Positions 33,442 through 45,124 of a stretch of DNA of 64,000 bases are shown in pieces. The stretch comes from Escherichia coli. GTDB lineage: Bacteria; Pseudomonadota; Gammaproteobacteria; Enterobacterales; Enterobacteriaceae. Positions within the stretch are counted from its first letter, which is position 1. Every line of letters begins with the position of its first letter. The translations under genes were made by a program, and so were the position numbers. The stretch lies in NCBI RefSeq assembly GCF_009931435.1, contig NZ_CP043414.1. One strand, 5' to 3'. The notes below the pieces were generated by a model. The model did not search any database. It had not been told where the DNA came from and was given only the letters and a program-made list of their open reading frames with translations.

Positions 33442-34434
33442 TTACAGCTCGCTCTCTTTGTGGAATCCGTCTTTAACTACCGTATCTTTGATGTTGTTTT
33501 TATTCACATCGATCGGTGTCAGCAGGCGGGAGGGAACATCTTTCAGACCATTATTCAGTGTGGTATCTGCTTTTGGTTCCTGACCATTGCCCAACTCAAC
33601 GGCAATTTCTGCGGCAGTATTTGCCAACAATGTAATAGGTTTATACACCGTCATAGTTTGCGTACCGGCAGCAATACGTTTAATACCTGCGAGATCCGCA
33701 TCCTGGCCGGATATTGCTACTTTCCCTGATAAACCTTGCGCGCTTAATGCCTGAATTGCCCCGCCTGCGGTGGCATCGTTTGAGGCAACCACGGCATCAA
33801 TTTTGTTATTATTGGCGGTCAGCGCGTTTTCCATAATTTTCAGTGCGTTTTCCGGTAACCAGCCATCAACCCATTGGTCACCAACGACTTTAATTTTTCC
33901 GGAATCAACGTAAGGTTTTAACACTTTCATTTGTCCGGCGCGGAACAGCTTAGCGTTGTTATCTACCGGCGAACCGCCCATCAGGAAGTAATTACCTTGC
34001 GGAACAATATCGACCAGGGCTTTTGCCTGCAGTTCACCGACTTTTTCGTTATCGAAAGAAATATAAAAATCGATATCCGCATCGTTAATCATACGGTCGT
34101 AAGCTAATACTTTAATACCTTCTTGTTTGGCTTCTTTTACAACGTTACTTAATACCTGACCGTTATACGGAATAATGACAAGAACATCGACACCCCGGTT
34201 AATCATGTTTTCAATCTGCGACATTTGTGTTTCTTCATTGCCATTTGCAGACTGTACAAATACTTTCGCGCCGAGAGATTCTGCCTTTTTCACAAAGATA
34301 TCTCGATCTTTTTGCCAGCGTTCAAGACGGAGATCATCAATCGCCATACCTATTTTGACTTCTTTGGCGTGCGCCGCAACGTTGGTAAGCAGAAGTGAGG
34401 TGCAAAGGGTGAGTAGAATGTTCTTTATTTTCAT
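33442..34434 (-). CDS. xylF: D-xylose ABC transporter periplasmic binding protein
   Basis: 330-aa product from ATG at 34434 with signal peptide (LLLTNVAAHA). Confidence 0.92.
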   Translation of the reverse strand: MKIKNILLTLCTSLLLTNVAAHAKEVKIGMAIDDLRLERWQKDRDIFVKKAESLGAKVFVQSANGNEETQMSQIENMINRGVDVLVIIPYNGQVLSNVVKEAKQEGIKVLAYDRMINDADIDFYISFDNEKVGELQAKALVDIVPQGNYFLMGGSPVDNNAKLFRAGQMKVLKPYVDSGKIKVVGDQWVDGWLPENALKIMENALTANNNKIDAVVASNDATAGGAIQALSAQGLSGKVAISGQDADLAGIKRIAAGTQTMTVYKPITLLANTAAEIAVELGNGQEPKADTTLNNGLKDVPSRLLTPIDVNKNNIKDTVVKDGFHKESEL

Positions 34435-34799
34435 GGTGTAGGGCCTTCTGTAGTTAGAGGACAGCTTTAATAAGTAACAATCACCGCGATAAACGTAACC
34501 AATTTTTAGCAACTAAACAGGGGAAAACAATTACAGATTTTTATCTTTCGATTACGATTTTTGGTTTATTTCTTGATTTATGACAGAGATCTTACTTTTG
34601 TTGCGCAATTGTACTTATTGCATTTTTCTCTTCGAGGAATTACCCAGTTTCATCATTCCATTTTATTTTGCGAGCGAGCGCACACTTGTGAATTATCTCA
34701 ATAGCAGTGTGAAATAACATAATTGAGCAACTGAAAGGGAGTGCCCAATATTACGACATCATCCATCACCCGCGGCATTACCTGATTATGGAGTTCAAT
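34435..34799. promoter_or_regulatory. Divergent xylA / xylF promoter-operator region (XylR and CRP control expected)
   Basis: 365-bp AT-rich intergenic region between divergent xylF and xylA; contains TGTGA-type CRP half-sites (e.g. acacttGTGAattatctca...agTGTGAaat); role assigned from established knowledge of the xyl regulon. Confidence 0.6.
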
Positions 34800-36122
34800 A
34801 TGCAAGCCTATTTTGACCAGCTCGATCGCGTTCGTTATGAAGGCTCAAAATCCTCTAACCCGTTAGCATTCCATCACTATAATCCCGACGAACTGGTGTT
34901 GGGCAAGCGTATGGAAGAGCACTTGCGTTTTGCCGCCTGCTACTGGCACACCTTCTGCTGGAACGGGGCGGACATGTTTGGTGTGGGGGCGTTTAATCGT
35001 CCGTGGCAGCAGCATGGTGAGGCACTGGCGTTGGCGAAGCGTAAAGCAGATGTCGCATTTGAGTTTTTCCACAAGTTACATGTGCCATTTTATTGCTTCC
35101 ACGATGTGGATGTTTCCCCTGAGGGCGCGTCGTTAAAAGAGTACATCAATAATTTTGCGCAAATGGTTGATGTCCTGGCAGGCAAGCAAGAAGAGAGCGG
35201 CGTGAAGCTGCTGTGGGGAACCGCTAACTGCTTTACAAACCCTCGCTACGGTGCGGGTGCGGCGACGAACCCAGATCCAGAAGTCTTTAGTTGGGCGGCG
35301 ACGCAAGTTGTTACAGCGATGGAAGCAACCCATAAATTGGGCGGTGAAAACTATGTTCTGTGGGGCGGTCGTGAAGGTTACGAAACGCTGTTAAATACCG
35401 ACTTGCGTCAGGAGCGTGAACAACTGGGCCGCTTTATGCAGATGGTGGTTGAGCATAAACATAAAATCGGTTTCCAGGGTACGTTGCTTATCGAACCGAA
35501 ACCGCAAGAACCGACCAAACATCAATATGATTACGATGCTGCGACAGTCTATGGCTTCCTGAAACAGTTTGGTCTGGAAAAAGAGATTAAACTGAACATT
35601 GAAGCTAACCACGCGACGCTGGCAGGTCACTCTTTCCATCATGAAATTGCCACCGCCATTGCGCTTGGCCTGTTCGGTTCTGTCGACGCCAACCGTGGCG
35701 ATGCACAACTGGGCTGGGACACCGACCAGTTCCCGAACAGTGTGGAAGAGAATGCGCTGGTGATGTATGAAATTCTCAAAGCAGGCGGTTTCACCACCGG
35801 TGGTCTGAACTTCGATGCCAAAGTCCGTCGTCAAAGTACTGATAAATATGATCTGTTTTACGGTCATATCGGCGCGATGGATACGATGGCGTTGGCGCTG
35901 AAAATTGCAGCACGCATGATTGAAGATGGCGAGCTGGATAAACGCATCGCGCAGCGTTATTCCGGCTGGAATAGCGAATTAGGCCAGCAAATCCTGAAAG
36001 GCCAAATGTCACTGGCAGATTTAGCCAAATATGCTCAGGAACATAATTTGTCTCCGGTGCATCAGAGTGGTCGCCAGGAGCAACTGGAAAATCTGGTAAA
36101 CCATTATCTGTTCGACAAATAA
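34800..36122 (+). CDS. xylA: Xylose isomerase
   Basis: 440-aa product from ATG at 34800 ([15 protein letters not shown]...); conserved metal-binding regions. Confidence 0.95.
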   Translation: MQAYFDQLDRVRYEGSKSSNPLAFHHYNPDELVLGKRMEEHLRFAACYWHTFCWNGADMFGVGAFNRPWQQHGEALALAKRKADVAFEFFHKLHVPFYCFHDVDVSPEGASLKEYINNFAQMVDVLAGKQEESGVKLLWGTANCFTNPRYGAGAATNPDPEVFSWAATQVVTAMEATHKLGGENYVLWGGREGYETLLNTDLRQEREQLGRFMQMVVEHKHKIGFQGTLLIEPKPQEPTKHQYDYDAATVYGFLKQFGLEKEIKLNIEANHATLAGHSFHHEIATAIALGLFGSVDANRGDAQLGWDTDQFPNSVEENALVMYEILKAGGFTTGGLNFDAKVRRQSTDKYDLFYGHIGAMDTMALALKIAARMIEDGELDKRIAQRYSGWNSELGQQILKGQMSLADLAKYAQEHNLSPVHQSGRQEQLENLVNHYLFDK

Positions 36123-36193
36123 CGGCTAACTGTGCAGTCCGTTGGCCCGGTTATCGGTAGCGATACCGGGCATTTTTTTAAGGAACGATCGAT

Positions 36194-37648
36194 ATGTATA
36201 TCGGGATAGATCTTGGCACCTCGGGCGTAAAAGTTATTTTGCTCAACGAGCAGGGTGAGGTGGTTGCTTCGCAAACGGAAAAGCTGACCGTTTCGCGCCC
36301 GCATCCACTCTGGTCGGAACAAGACCCGGAACAGTGGTGGCAGGCAACTGATCGCGCAATGAAAGCTCTGGGCGATCAGCATTCTCTGCAGGACGTTAAA
36401 GCATTGGGTATTGCCGGCCAGATGCACGGTGCAACCTTACTGGATGCCCAGCAACGGGTATTACGCCCTGCCATTTTGTGGAACGACGGGCGCTGTGCGC
36501 AAGAGTGCACTTTGCTGGAAGCGCGAGTTCCGCAATCACGGGTGATTACCGGTAACCTGATGATGCCCGGATTTACTGCGCCTAAATTGCTATGGGTTCA
36601 GCGGCATGAGCCGGAGATATTCCGTCAAATCGACAAAGTATTATTACCGAAAGATTACTTGCGTCTGCGTATGACGGGGGAGTTTGCCAGCGATATGTCT
36701 GACGCAGCTGGCACCATGTGGCTGGATGTCGCAAAGCGTGACTGGAGTGACGTCATGCTGCAGGCTTGCCACTTATCTCGTGACCAGATGCCCGCATTAT
36801 ACGAAGGCAGCGAAATTACTGGTGCTTTGCTACCTGAAGTTGCGAAAGCGTGGGGTATGGCGGCAGTGCCAGTTGTCGCAGGCGGTGGTGATAATGCAGC
36901 TGGTGCGGTTGGTGTAGGAATGGTTGATGCTAATCAGGCAATGTTATCGCTGGGGACGTCGGGGGTCTATTTTGCTGTCAGCGAAGGGTTCTTAAGCAAG
37001 CCAGAAAGCGCCGTACACAGCTTTTGCCATGCGCTCCCGCAGCGTTGGCATTTAATGTCTGTGATGCTGAGTGCAGCGTCGTGTCTGGATTGGGCCGCGA
37101 AATTAACGGGCCTGAACAATGTCCCAGCTTTAATCGCGGCTGCTCAACAGGCTGATGAAAGTGCCGAGCCAGTTTGGTTTCTGCCTTATCTTTCCGGCGA
37201 GCGTACACCACACAATAATCCCCAGGCGAAGGGGGTTTTCTTTGGTTTGACCCATCAACATGGTGCTAATGAACTGGCGCGAGCAGTGCTGGAAGGCGTG
37301 GGTTATGCGCTGGCAGATGGCATGGATGTCGTACATGCCTGCGGCATTAAACCGCAAAGTGTTACGTTGATTGGTGGCGGGGCGCGTAGTGAGTACTGGC
37401 GTCAGATGCTGGCGGATATCAGCGGTCAGCAACTCGATTACCGCACGGGGGGGGATGTGGGGCCAGCACTGGGCGCAGCAAGGCTGGCGCAGATTGCGGC
37501 GAATCCAGAGAAATCGCTCATTGAGTTGTTGCCACAACTGCCGTTAGAACAGTCGCATTTACCAGATGCGCAGCGTTATGCCACTTATCAGCCACGACGT
37601 GAAACGTTCCGTCGCCTCTATCAGCAACTTCTGCCATTAATGGCGTAA
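36194..37648 (+). CDS. xylB: Xylulokinase
   Basis: 484-aa ORF; FGGY kinase N-terminus MYIGIDLGTSGVK. Confidence 0.95.
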   Translation: MYIGIDLGTSGVKVILLNEQGEVVASQTEKLTVSRPHPLWSEQDPEQWWQATDRAMKALGDQHSLQDVKALGIAGQMHGATLLDAQQRVLRPAILWNDGRCAQECTLLEARVPQSRVITGNLMMPGFTAPKLLWVQRHEPEIFRQIDKVLLPKDYLRLRMTGEFASDMSDAAGTMWLDVAKRDWSDVMLQACHLSRDQMPALYEGSEITGALLPEVAKAWGMAAVPVVAGGGDNAAGAVGVGMVDANQAMLSLGTSGVYFAVSEGFLSKPESAVHSFCHALPQRWHLMSVMLSAASCLDWAAKLTGLNNVPALIAAAQQADESAEPVWFLPYLSGERTPHNNPQAKGVFFGLTHQHGANELARAVLEGVGYALADGMDVVHACGIKPQSVTLIGGGARSEYWRQMLADISGQQLDYRTGGDVGPALGAARLAQIAANPEKSLIELLPQLPLEQSHLPDAQRYATYQPRRETFRRLYQQLLPLMA

Positions 37649-37815
37649 ACGTTATCCCCTGCCTGACCGGGTGGGGGATAATTCACATCTATATATATCA
37701 GTAATTAATTAATATTTAGTATGAATTTATTCTGAAATCATTTGTTAATGGCATTTTTCAGTTTTGTCTTTCGTTGGTTACTCGTAATGTATCGCTGGTA
37801 GATATGGAGATCGTT

Positions 37816-38157
37816 ATGAAAACCTCAAAGACTGTGGCAAAACTATTATTTGTTGTCGGGGCGCTGGTTTATCTGCTTGGGCTATGGATCTCATGCCCAT
37901 TGTTAAGTGGAAAAGGCTATTTTCTTGGCGTGTTAATGACGGCAACTTTTGGCAACTATGCATATCTTCGCGCAGAAAAACTCGGGCAACTGGATGATTT
38001 TTTTATCCATGTCTGCCAGTTAGTTGCGTTAATCACTATCGGTCTCTTGTTTATCGGTGTTTTAAATGCGCCTATCAATGCTTATGAAATGGTGATTTAT
38101 CCCATCGCCTTTTTTGTTTGCTTGTTTGGTCAAATGCGTTTGTTTCGCTCGGCATGA
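37816..38157 (+). CDS. yiaB: Inner membrane protein YiaB
   Basis: 113-aa product from internal ATG (MKTSKTVAK...); hydrophobic helices; paralogous to the next gene. Confidence 0.8.
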   Translation: MKTSKTVAKLLFVVGALVYLLGLWISCPLLSGKGYFLGVLMTATFGNYAYLRAEKLGQLDDFFIHVCQLVALITIGLLFIGVLNAPINAYEMVIYPIAFFVCLFGQMRLFRSA

Positions 38158-38202
38158 GCAACATAAAGCTCTTACACATTCAGGAATGAAAGGAATACTG
38201 TG

Positions 38203-38640
38203 ATGGACAACAAAATATCAACCTATTCTCCGGCATTTAGTATTGTGTCATGGATAGCTCTTGTTGGTGGTATCGTTACCTATCTGTTAGGGCTATGGAA
38301 TGCAGAGATGCAGTTAAATGAAAAAGGATATTATTTTGCCGTGCTGGTGCTAGGACTGTTTTCTGCGGCATCTTATCAAAAGACCGTTCGGGACAAGTAT
38401 GAAGGCATACCGACCACCTCCATTTATTATATGACCTGCCTGACTGTCTTTATTATCTCTGTTGCGTTATTGATGGTAGGTCTGTGGAATGCGACGTTAT
38501 TACTCAGCGAAAAAGGTTTTTATGGGCTGGCTTTCTTCTTAAGCTTGTTTGGTGCAGTAGCGGTGCAGAAGAATATTCGTGATGCCGGAATAAACCCACC
38601 AAAAGAAACACAGGTTACCCAGGAAGAATACAGCGAATAA
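38203..38640 (+). CDS. yiaA: Inner membrane protein YiaA
   Basis: 145-aa membrane protein with internal duplication resembling YiaB. Confidence 0.8.
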
Positions 38641-38681
38641 TTCACGTAAGCCCGGTCAGTCCAATGTGACCGGGCTTTTAT

Positions 38682-39677
38682 TTAACTCACTAGTCTGTTT
38701 CTGTCGATTCGTTGTACCAGCACAGAAAGTAACAAACTCGCTGCCAACGTCGCGCAAAAGATCCAAATAATATCGAGTATTGGCCAGTTTTTAAGCTCAA
38801 TCCCCCGGGTACGCAGTGCATGGATAATCAAGGCGTGGAATCCGTATATACCCAACGAATGGCGGGAGATTAAGCCAAGTCCGCGAATGGTACGCGTATC
38901 CAGCGTGTTTTTAACCAGAGTCAATAGCGTGATTGCGCAGATAAAAACCATCGGCCCACAGTAAAGATACCAGGTATCGGCAAAATTTCCGCGCCACTGC
39001 AATTCATATAATGTCCCGCGAGAGATAATAAAAACCCCCGTCGCAAACAGTGCGGCGCACACCCACGACAGTGCTTTATGCTGTGTGTCCATCATCCCTA
39101 TAGCGCGGCCCAACATGCCATACAGGATGTAGTAAAAAGTATCGCCATTGATATATAAGTTAATTGGCAGCCATTCAAAACCGTCAATTTTCTGCGGCAC
39201 TGTGTTTGGGTTAGCGATAATACCAATCACCACCATTAGTACCAGCAACATTTTTCCGCCGACGTTCTTCACCTGAATCAGCGGTGAAACCAGATAAATC
39301 ACCGCAATCGCGAAGAAAAACCATAAGTGGTAAAACACTGGCTTTTGCAGCAGGTTTTTCAGCGCTAACTCCACATTGATGGAGGTAAACAGCGCAATGT
39401 AGAGCAGTGCGATTGCGCTATAAAAAAGCAGACATAAGCCGATACGTAAGAAATGGCGCGGCTGGGCGCTGCGTTCGCCAAAAAAGAGATAGCCGGAAAT
39501 CATGAAAAATAGCGGCACGCTGACACGAGAGGCAGAATTCAGAACATTGGCGATATCCCAGGTGACGGGGCTAACACTATGAGCATTGGTCACATACCAG
39601 GTAGTGGTGTGAATCATCACCACCATTAAACATGCTATCCCTCGCAGGTTATCAATCCAGTAAATTTTGGGCTGCAT
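38682..39677 (-). CDS. wecH: O-acetyltransferase (acyltransferase family 3), enterobacterial common antigen modification
   Basis: 331-aa polytopic membrane protein of acyltransferase_3 family. Confidence 0.85.
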   Translation of the reverse strand: MQPKIYWIDNLRGIACLMVVMIHTTTWYVTNAHSVSPVTWDIANVLNSASRVSVPLFFMISGYLFFGERSAQPRHFLRIGLCLLFYSAIALLYIALFTSINVELALKNLLQKPVFYHLWFFFAIAVIYLVSPLIQVKNVGGKMLLVLMVVIGIIANPNTVPQKIDGFEWLPINLYINGDTFYYILYGMLGRAIGMMDTQHKALSWVCAALFATGVFIISRGTLYELQWRGNFADTWYLYCGPMVFICAITLLTLVKNTLDTRTIRGLGLISRHSLGIYGFHALIIHALRTRGIELKNWPILDIIWIFCATLAASLLLSVLVQRIDRNRLVS

Positions 39678-39851
39678 CTGTGTCTCTGTATCTGGTTAAA
39701 AAAAGTCTGACCGATAAATCATTCGGTTGGCGCACTGGAATAATCTGAGTTTTATCACTACAGCTTATAGAGGCTTAAGGAAATTCGTAAGATATCAGCC
39801 ACTATACCGATATAAATAATAAGACTCACCTGCAAACCAGACGGTAATTTA

Positions 39852-40160
39852 ATGATGATGAACTCTTTCTTTCCGGCAATGGCGCTTATGGTGCTTATGG
39901 CGCTAGTGGGTTGTTCTACACCGCCACCCGTGCAGAAAGCACAACGGGTAAAGGTTGATCCTCTGCGTTCGTTGAATATGGAAGCGTTATGCAAGGATCA
40001 GGCGGCAAAACGTTATAACACCGGCGAGCAAAAAATCGACGTCACCGCCTTCGAACAGTTCCAGGGAAGCTACGAAATGCGTGGTTATACCTTCCGGAAA
40101 GAGCAGTTTGTCTGTTCTTTTGACGCGGATGGCCATTTTTTGCATCTTTCCATGCGTTAA
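39852..40160 (+). CDS. ysaB: Putative lipoprotein YsaB
   Basis: About 100-aa ORF with lipoprotein signal (LMVLMALVGC|S); start among three consecutive ATGs is uncertain. Confidence 0.75.
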   Translation: MMMNSFFPAMALMVLMALVGCSTPPPVQKAQRVKVDPLRSLNMEALCKDQAAKRYNTGEQKIDVTAFEQFQGSYEMRGYTFRKEQFVCSFDADGHFLHLSMR

Positions 40161-40254
40161 GCCCTGCTTTTTCCCGTTTCGTACTGTATATCTTCCATCC
40201 AGCGGGTATACTGATCCCTTCCTTTAAATCCACACGTATCCAGCACGAAATAAT

Positions 40255-41166
40255 ATGCAAAAGTTTGATACCAGGACCTTCCAGGGCTTGATCCTGACCT
40301 TACAGGATTACTGGGCTCGCCAGGGCTGCACCATTGTTCAACCATTGGACATGGAAGTCGGCGCGGGAACCTCTCACCCAATGACCTGTCTGCGCGCGCT
40401 GGGGCCAGAACCGATGGCGGCTGCTTATGTTCAGCCTTCTCGTCGCCCGACCGATGGTCGCTACGGCGAAAACCCCAACCGTTTACAGCACTACTATCAG
40501 TTCCAGGTGGTCATTAAGCCATCGCCGGACAATATTCAGGAGCTGTACCTTGGTTCTCTGAAAGAGCTGGGCATGGACCCGACTATCCACGATATCCGTT
40601 TCGTGGAAGATAACTGGGAAAACCCGACTTTGGGTGCCTGGGGGCTGGGCTGGGAAGTGTGGCTGAACGGCATGGAAGTGACGCAGTTCACTTACTTCCA
40701 GCAGGTTGGTGGTCTGGAGTGTAAACCGGTTACCGGCGAGATCACCTACGGTCTGGAACGTCTGGCCATGTACATTCAGGGCGTAGACAGCGTTTACGAC
40801 CTGGTCTGGAGCGACGGCCCGCTGGGTAAAACCACCTACGGCGACGTGTTCCATCAGAACGAAGTGGAGCAGTCCACTTACAACTTCGAATACGCGGATG
40901 TGGACTTCCTGTTCACCTGCTTCGAGCAATACGAGAAAGAAGCGCAGCAGCTGCTGGCGCTGGAAAATCCGCTGCCGCTGCCAGCCTACGAGCGTATTCT
41001 GAAAGCCGCCCACAGCTTCAACCTGCTGGATGCGCGTAAAGCCATCTCCGTCACTGAGCGTCAGCGCTATATTCTGCGCATTCGCACCCTGACCAAAGCA
41101 GTGGCAGAAGCATACTACGCTTCCCGTGAAGCCCTCGGCTTCCCGATGTGCAACAAAGATAAGTAA
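40255..41166 (+). CDS. glyQ: Glycine--tRNA ligase alpha subunit
   Basis: 303-aa ORF ([25 protein letters not shown]...). Confidence 0.95.
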
Positions 41167-41175
41167 GAGGCGGCT

Positions 41176-43245
41176 ATGTCTGAGAAAACTTTTCTGGTGG
41201 AAATCGGCACTGAAGAGCTGCCACCAAAAGCACTGCGCAGCCTGGCTGAGTCCTTTGCTGCGAACTTTACTGCGGAGCTGGATAACGCTGGCCTCGCACA
41301 CGGCACCGTTCAATGGTTTGCTGCTCCGCGTCGTCTGGCGCTGAAAGTAGCTAACCTGGCGGAAGCGCAACCGGATCGTGAAATCGAAAAACGTGGCCCG
41401 GCAATTGCTCAGGCGTTCGATGCTGAAGGCAAACCGAGCAAAGCGGCAGAAGGCTGGGCGCGTGGTTGCGGTATTACCGTTGACCAGGCTGAGCGTCTGA
41501 CTACCGATAAAGGCGAATGGCTGCTGTATCGCGCCCACGTGAAGGGCGAAAGCACTGAAGCACTGTTGCCGAATATGGTTGCGACTTCGCTGGCGAAACT
41601 GCCGATCCCGAAACTGATGCGTTGGGGTGAAAGCGACGTGCACTTCGTGCGTCCGGTGCACACCGTGACCCTGCTGCTGGGCGACAAAGTCATTCCGGCA
41701 ACCATTCTGGGCATTCAGTCCGATCGCGTGATTCGCGGCCACCGCTTTATGGGCGAGCCGGAATTCACTATCGACAATGCTGATCAGTATCCGGAAATTC
41801 TGCGTGAGCGCGGGAAAGTCATCGCCGATTACGAAGAACGTAAGGCGAAGATTAAAGCCGATGCCGAAGAAGCGGCGCGTAAGATTGGCGGTAACGCTGA
41901 CTTAAGCGAAAGCCTGTTGGAAGAAGTCGCTTCGCTGGTGGAATGGCCGGTTGTGCTGACCGCAAAATTCGAAGAGAAATTCCTCGCGGTGCCGTCTGAA
42001 GCGCTGGTTTACACCATGAAAGGTGACCAGAAATACTTCCCGGTGTATGCGAACGACGGCAAACTGCTGCCGAACTTTATCTTCGTTGCCAATATCGAAT
42101 CGAAAGATCCGCAGCAAATTATTTCCGGTAATGAAAAAGTCGTTCGCCCACGTCTGGCGGATGCCGAGTTCTTCTTCAACACCGACCGTAAAAAACGGCT
42201 GGAAGATAACCTGCCGCGCCTGCAAACCGTGTTGTTCCAGCAACAGCTGGGTACACTGCGCGACAAAACTGACCGCATCCAGGCGCTGGCTGGCTGGATT
42301 GCTGAACAGATTGGCGCTGACGTTAACCACGCAACCCGTGCGGGCCTGCTGTCCAAGTGCGACCTGATGACCAACATGGTCTTCGAGTTCACCGACACCC
42401 AGGGCGTTATGGGGATGCACTACGCGCGTCACGATGGCGAAGCGGAAGATGTTGCCGTGGCGCTGAACGAGCAGTATCAGCCGCGCTTTGCCGGTGATGA
42501 CCTGCCGTCTAACCCGGTAGCCTGTGCGCTGGCGATAGCTGACAAGATGGATACTCTGGCGGGTATCTTCGGTATCGGCCAGCATCCGAAAGGCGACAAA
42601 GACCCGTTTGCGTTGCGTCGTGCCGCACTTGGCGTGCTGCGTATTATCGTTGAGAAGAACCTCAATCTTGACCTGCAAACCCTGACCGAAGAAGCAGTGC
42701 GTCTGTATGGCGATAAGCTGACTAATGCCAACGTGGTTGATGATGTTATCGACTTTATGCTCGGTCGCTTCCGCGCCTGGTATCAGGACGAAGGTTACAC
42801 CGTTGACACCATCCAGGCGGTACTGGCGCGTCGTCCGACTCGTCCGGCTGATTTCGATGCCCGAATGAAAGCGGTATCGCACTTCCGTACCCTGGATGCA
42901 GCTGCAGCACTGGCGGCGGCGAACAAGCGTGTATCTAACATTCTGGCGAAATCTGACGAAGTGCTGAGCGACCGCGTGAATGCCTCTACTCTGAAAGAGC
43001 CGGAAGAAATTAAACTGGCGATGCAGGTTGTGGTGCTACGTGACAAGCTAGAGCCGTACTTTGCTGAAGGTCGTTACCAGGATGCGCTGGTCGAACTGGC
43101 TGAGCTGCGTGAACCGGTTGATGCCTTCTTCGATAAAGTGATGGTCATGGTTGATGACAAAGAATTGCGAATCAACCGTCTTACCATGCTGGAGAAACTG
43201 CGCGAATTATTCCTGCGAGTTGCGGATATTTCGCTGTTGCAGTAA
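41176..43245 (+). CDS. glyS: Glycine--tRNA ligase beta subunit
   Basis: 689-aa ORF, 9 nt downstream of glyQ. Confidence 0.95.
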   Translation: MSEKTFLVEIGTEELPPKALRSLAESFAANFTAELDNAGLAHGTVQWFAAPRRLALKVANLAEAQPDREIEKRGPAIAQAFDAEGKPSKAAEGWARGCGITVDQAERLTTDKGEWLLYRAHVKGESTEALLPNMVATSLAKLPIPKLMRWGESDVHFVRPVHTVTLLLGDKVIPATILGIQSDRVIRGHRFMGEPEFTIDNADQYPEILRERGKVIADYEERKAKIKADAEEAARKIGGNADLSESLLEEVASLVEWPVVLTAKFEEKFLAVPSEALVYTMKGDQKYFPVYANDGKLLPNFIFVANIESKDPQQIISGNEKVVRPRLADAEFFFNTDRKKRLEDNLPRLQTVLFQQQLGTLRDKTDRIQALAGWIAEQIGADVNHATRAGLLSKCDLMTNMVFEFTDTQGVMGMHYARHDGEAEDVAVALNEQYQPRFAGDDLPSNPVACALAIADKMDTLAGIFGIGQHPKGDKDPFALRRAALGVLRIIVEKNLNLDLQTLTEEAVRLYGDKLTNANVVDDVIDFMLGRFRAWYQDEGYTVDTIQAVLARRPTRPADFDARMKAVSHFRTLDAAAALAAANKRVSNILAKSDEVLSDRVNASTLKEPEEIKLAMQVVVLRDKLEPYFAEGRYQDALVELAELREPVDAFFDKVMVMVDDKELRINRLTMLEKLRELFLRVADISLLQ

Positions 43246-43262
43246 TAACGTCGTTATTAAAA

Positions 43263-43288
43263 AGCCTGCCATCTGGCAGGCTTTTTTA
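43263..43288 (+). terminator. Rho-independent terminator of glyQS
   Basis: agcctgcc-atct-ggcaggct stem-loop followed by a T6 run. Confidence 0.75.
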
Positions 43289-43566
43289 TCGCTAAATAAT
43301 AGAGCAACCTTTAATAATCTTCTGATGAATAAAGATTGTCTCATATATTAATTTTATGAGATTTTTTTAGGATTATATCAAGGAGAAGAAACGAACTTAT
43401 TAAGCTAGAATAGCTGCGGGTGCTTGAGACTGTTTGTCTCAGGTATTCACCGAAAGGCAGACAGAGAAAAGCCCCACCTGACTATAAATCAAAGTGAGGC
43501 TACCCTATGCCTGAACACCATAAGGTTAGCCTCTTACTCGTTGGAAATCAACACAGGAGGCTGGGA

Positions 43567-43719
43567 ATGCCGCAGAAATATAGATTACTTTCTTTAATAG
43601 TGATTTGTTGCACGCTTTTATTTTTCACCTGGATGATAAGAGATTCACTGTGTGAATTGCATATTAAACAGGGGAGTTATGAGCTGGCGGCATTTTTAGC
43701 CTGCAATTTGAAAGAGTAA
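43567..43719 (+). CDS. hokA: Hok-family small membrane toxin (type I toxin-antitoxin)
   Basis: 50-aa ORF MPQKYRLLSLIVICCTLLFFTWMIRDSLCELHIKQGSYELAAFLACNLKE; strong SD AGGAGG; an in-frame upstream ATG at 43507 is treated as not the start. Confidence 0.85.
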   Translation: MPQKYRLLSLIVICCTLLFFTWMIRDSLCELHIKQGSYELAAFLACNLKE

Positions 43720-43907
43720 GAGTCTTCGGCGGGAAGTTATTCCCGCCTTTCTTACGGCGTTGCGCATTCTCATTGCACCCAAATTTATTCTTCACAAAAA
43801 TAATAATAGATTTTATTACGCGAACGATTATTTATTTCCTGAATAAACAAATAAAAAAATCCCCGCCATTTGGCAGGGATCTTAGATTCTGTGCTTTTAA
43901 GCAGAGA

Positions 43908-44120
43908 TTACAGGCTGGTTACGTTACCAGCTGCCGGGCCTTTAGCGCCGCTTTCGATGGTGAAGGACACTTTCTGACCTTCGTCCAGAGATTTGTAACC
44001 ATCGTTCTGGATAGCAGAGAAGTGTACGAACACGTCTTTAGAGCCATCGTCAGGAGTGATGAAGCCGAAGCCTTTGTCAGCGTTGAACCATTTTACGATA
44101 CCAGTCATTTTACCGGACAT
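43908..44120 (-). CDS. cspA: Major cold shock protein
   Basis: 70-aa [24 protein letters not shown]... with RNP1/RNP2 motifs. Confidence 0.97.
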
Positions 44121-44279
44121 AGTGTATTACCTTTAATAATTTAAATGTGCCTTTCGGCGATATGGCGTGCTTTACAGATTTTGAAGCGTTAAAGGAAATG
44201 CACTACGAGGGGTATCAACGATAACTCTTGAAGGGACTTGCCTTACTACACTGCTTTAATGGTCTGTACGTCAAACCGT
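44121..44279 (-). promoter_or_regulatory. cspA long 5' untranslated leader (cold-box / thermosensing region) with promoter immediately upstream
   Basis: About 160-nt leader upstream of the cspA ATG; extent assigned from established knowledge of cspA, not derived from the sequence alone. Confidence 0.6.
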
Positions 44280-44400
44280 TGATGTGCATTAAGCCACGCA
44301 TTGGCGGGTGATGCAACAATTATTTTTCATATTTATGATTAATCGGTTGGAAAACGGTCCTGTCATCAGGACCGTAAACAGAAATAAAGTGGATAAAAGT

Positions 44401-44691
44401 CTATTCCATCAACTGCTTACTTAACGCTGGGTTAGCTTGAATCAGACGCATCAATTTTAGTTCGGCACTTGAAGGCTTAACGCGTCGGGATTCCCATTCC
44501 TTTACCATGGCGACGGAAACGCCCAAAACCCGAGCGAAATCATCGATTTTTAACCCCGTACCTTTACGTAACTGCTCAATCTCGGTACAGGACGTTGTTC
44601 TGTGCGTCAGAGTAATCTTCTGCGTTTCATCTTTAAAAACAATCTGTTCCAGGCTGCTCAACAGCTCATGCATTGGATCTTTATATTCCAT
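44401..44691 (-). CDS. yiaG: XRE-family HTH DNA-binding protein
   Basis: 96-aa ORF; HTH segment GLKIDDFARVLGVSVAMVKEWESRR. Confidence 0.85.
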   Translation of the reverse strand: MEYKDPMHELLSSLEQIVFKDETQKITLTHRTTSCTEIEQLRKGTGLKIDDFARVLGVSVAMVKEWESRRVKPSSAELKLMRLIQANPALSKQLME

Positions 44692-45124
44692 TGAAAACTC
44701 CTCAAATCACACTGCGGGATCGTGAATTGCATCGAAGCTCATTAAGAATAGTCGGGAAAAACAGACACAGCGGGGTGTAGTCAGGGCATGCTCTGGCTAT
44801 GATTCGATTCAGCCAGTCATTTAGCGTGACTTATAGCCACCTAACGATCTGATAAATGCCGATATATCTCTTACCACTCCCGGTTTGTAAAGATTTCGAA
44901 AATCTAACGTTCTGAGAAGGCGTAAATCTCTGGCTACAAAAAAAGCAACGGCACTATCATTTTTTAACAATGAAACAACAAATTAACCTTGTTTCGTTTT
45001 CTCCATGATTTTACCAGGAAGATTACGTAGAAAGGGTATCCTGCAAGCCTGTCCTGGACTATCCTTGTCACGTCAGACACGCGTGTGTCGTTGTGCGCTT
45101 TTTTTGGGTGAAAGGAGTAAGAAA

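Noticed and set aside
40483-42882. Long minus-strand ORFs (419 aa at 40483-41742 and 326 aa at 41902-42882) antisense to glyQ and glyS
   Set aside because: They lie entirely within well-supported glyQ/glyS coding sequence, have no RBS and have low-complexity Arg/Ala/Gln-rich translations typical of shadow frames in GC-rich genes
43290-43566. IS150-type insertion sequence near hokA, expected from K-12
   Set aside because: No transposase-like ORFs or terminal inverted repeats are present between glyS and hokA or anywhere else in the window
43507-43566. In-frame N-terminal extension of hokA (70-aa ORF starting MPEHHKV...) as the true start or as mok
   Set aside because: Hok proteins are about 50 aa, the internal ATG at 43567 has a strong AGGAGG SD, and mok frames normally overlap hok in a different reading frame
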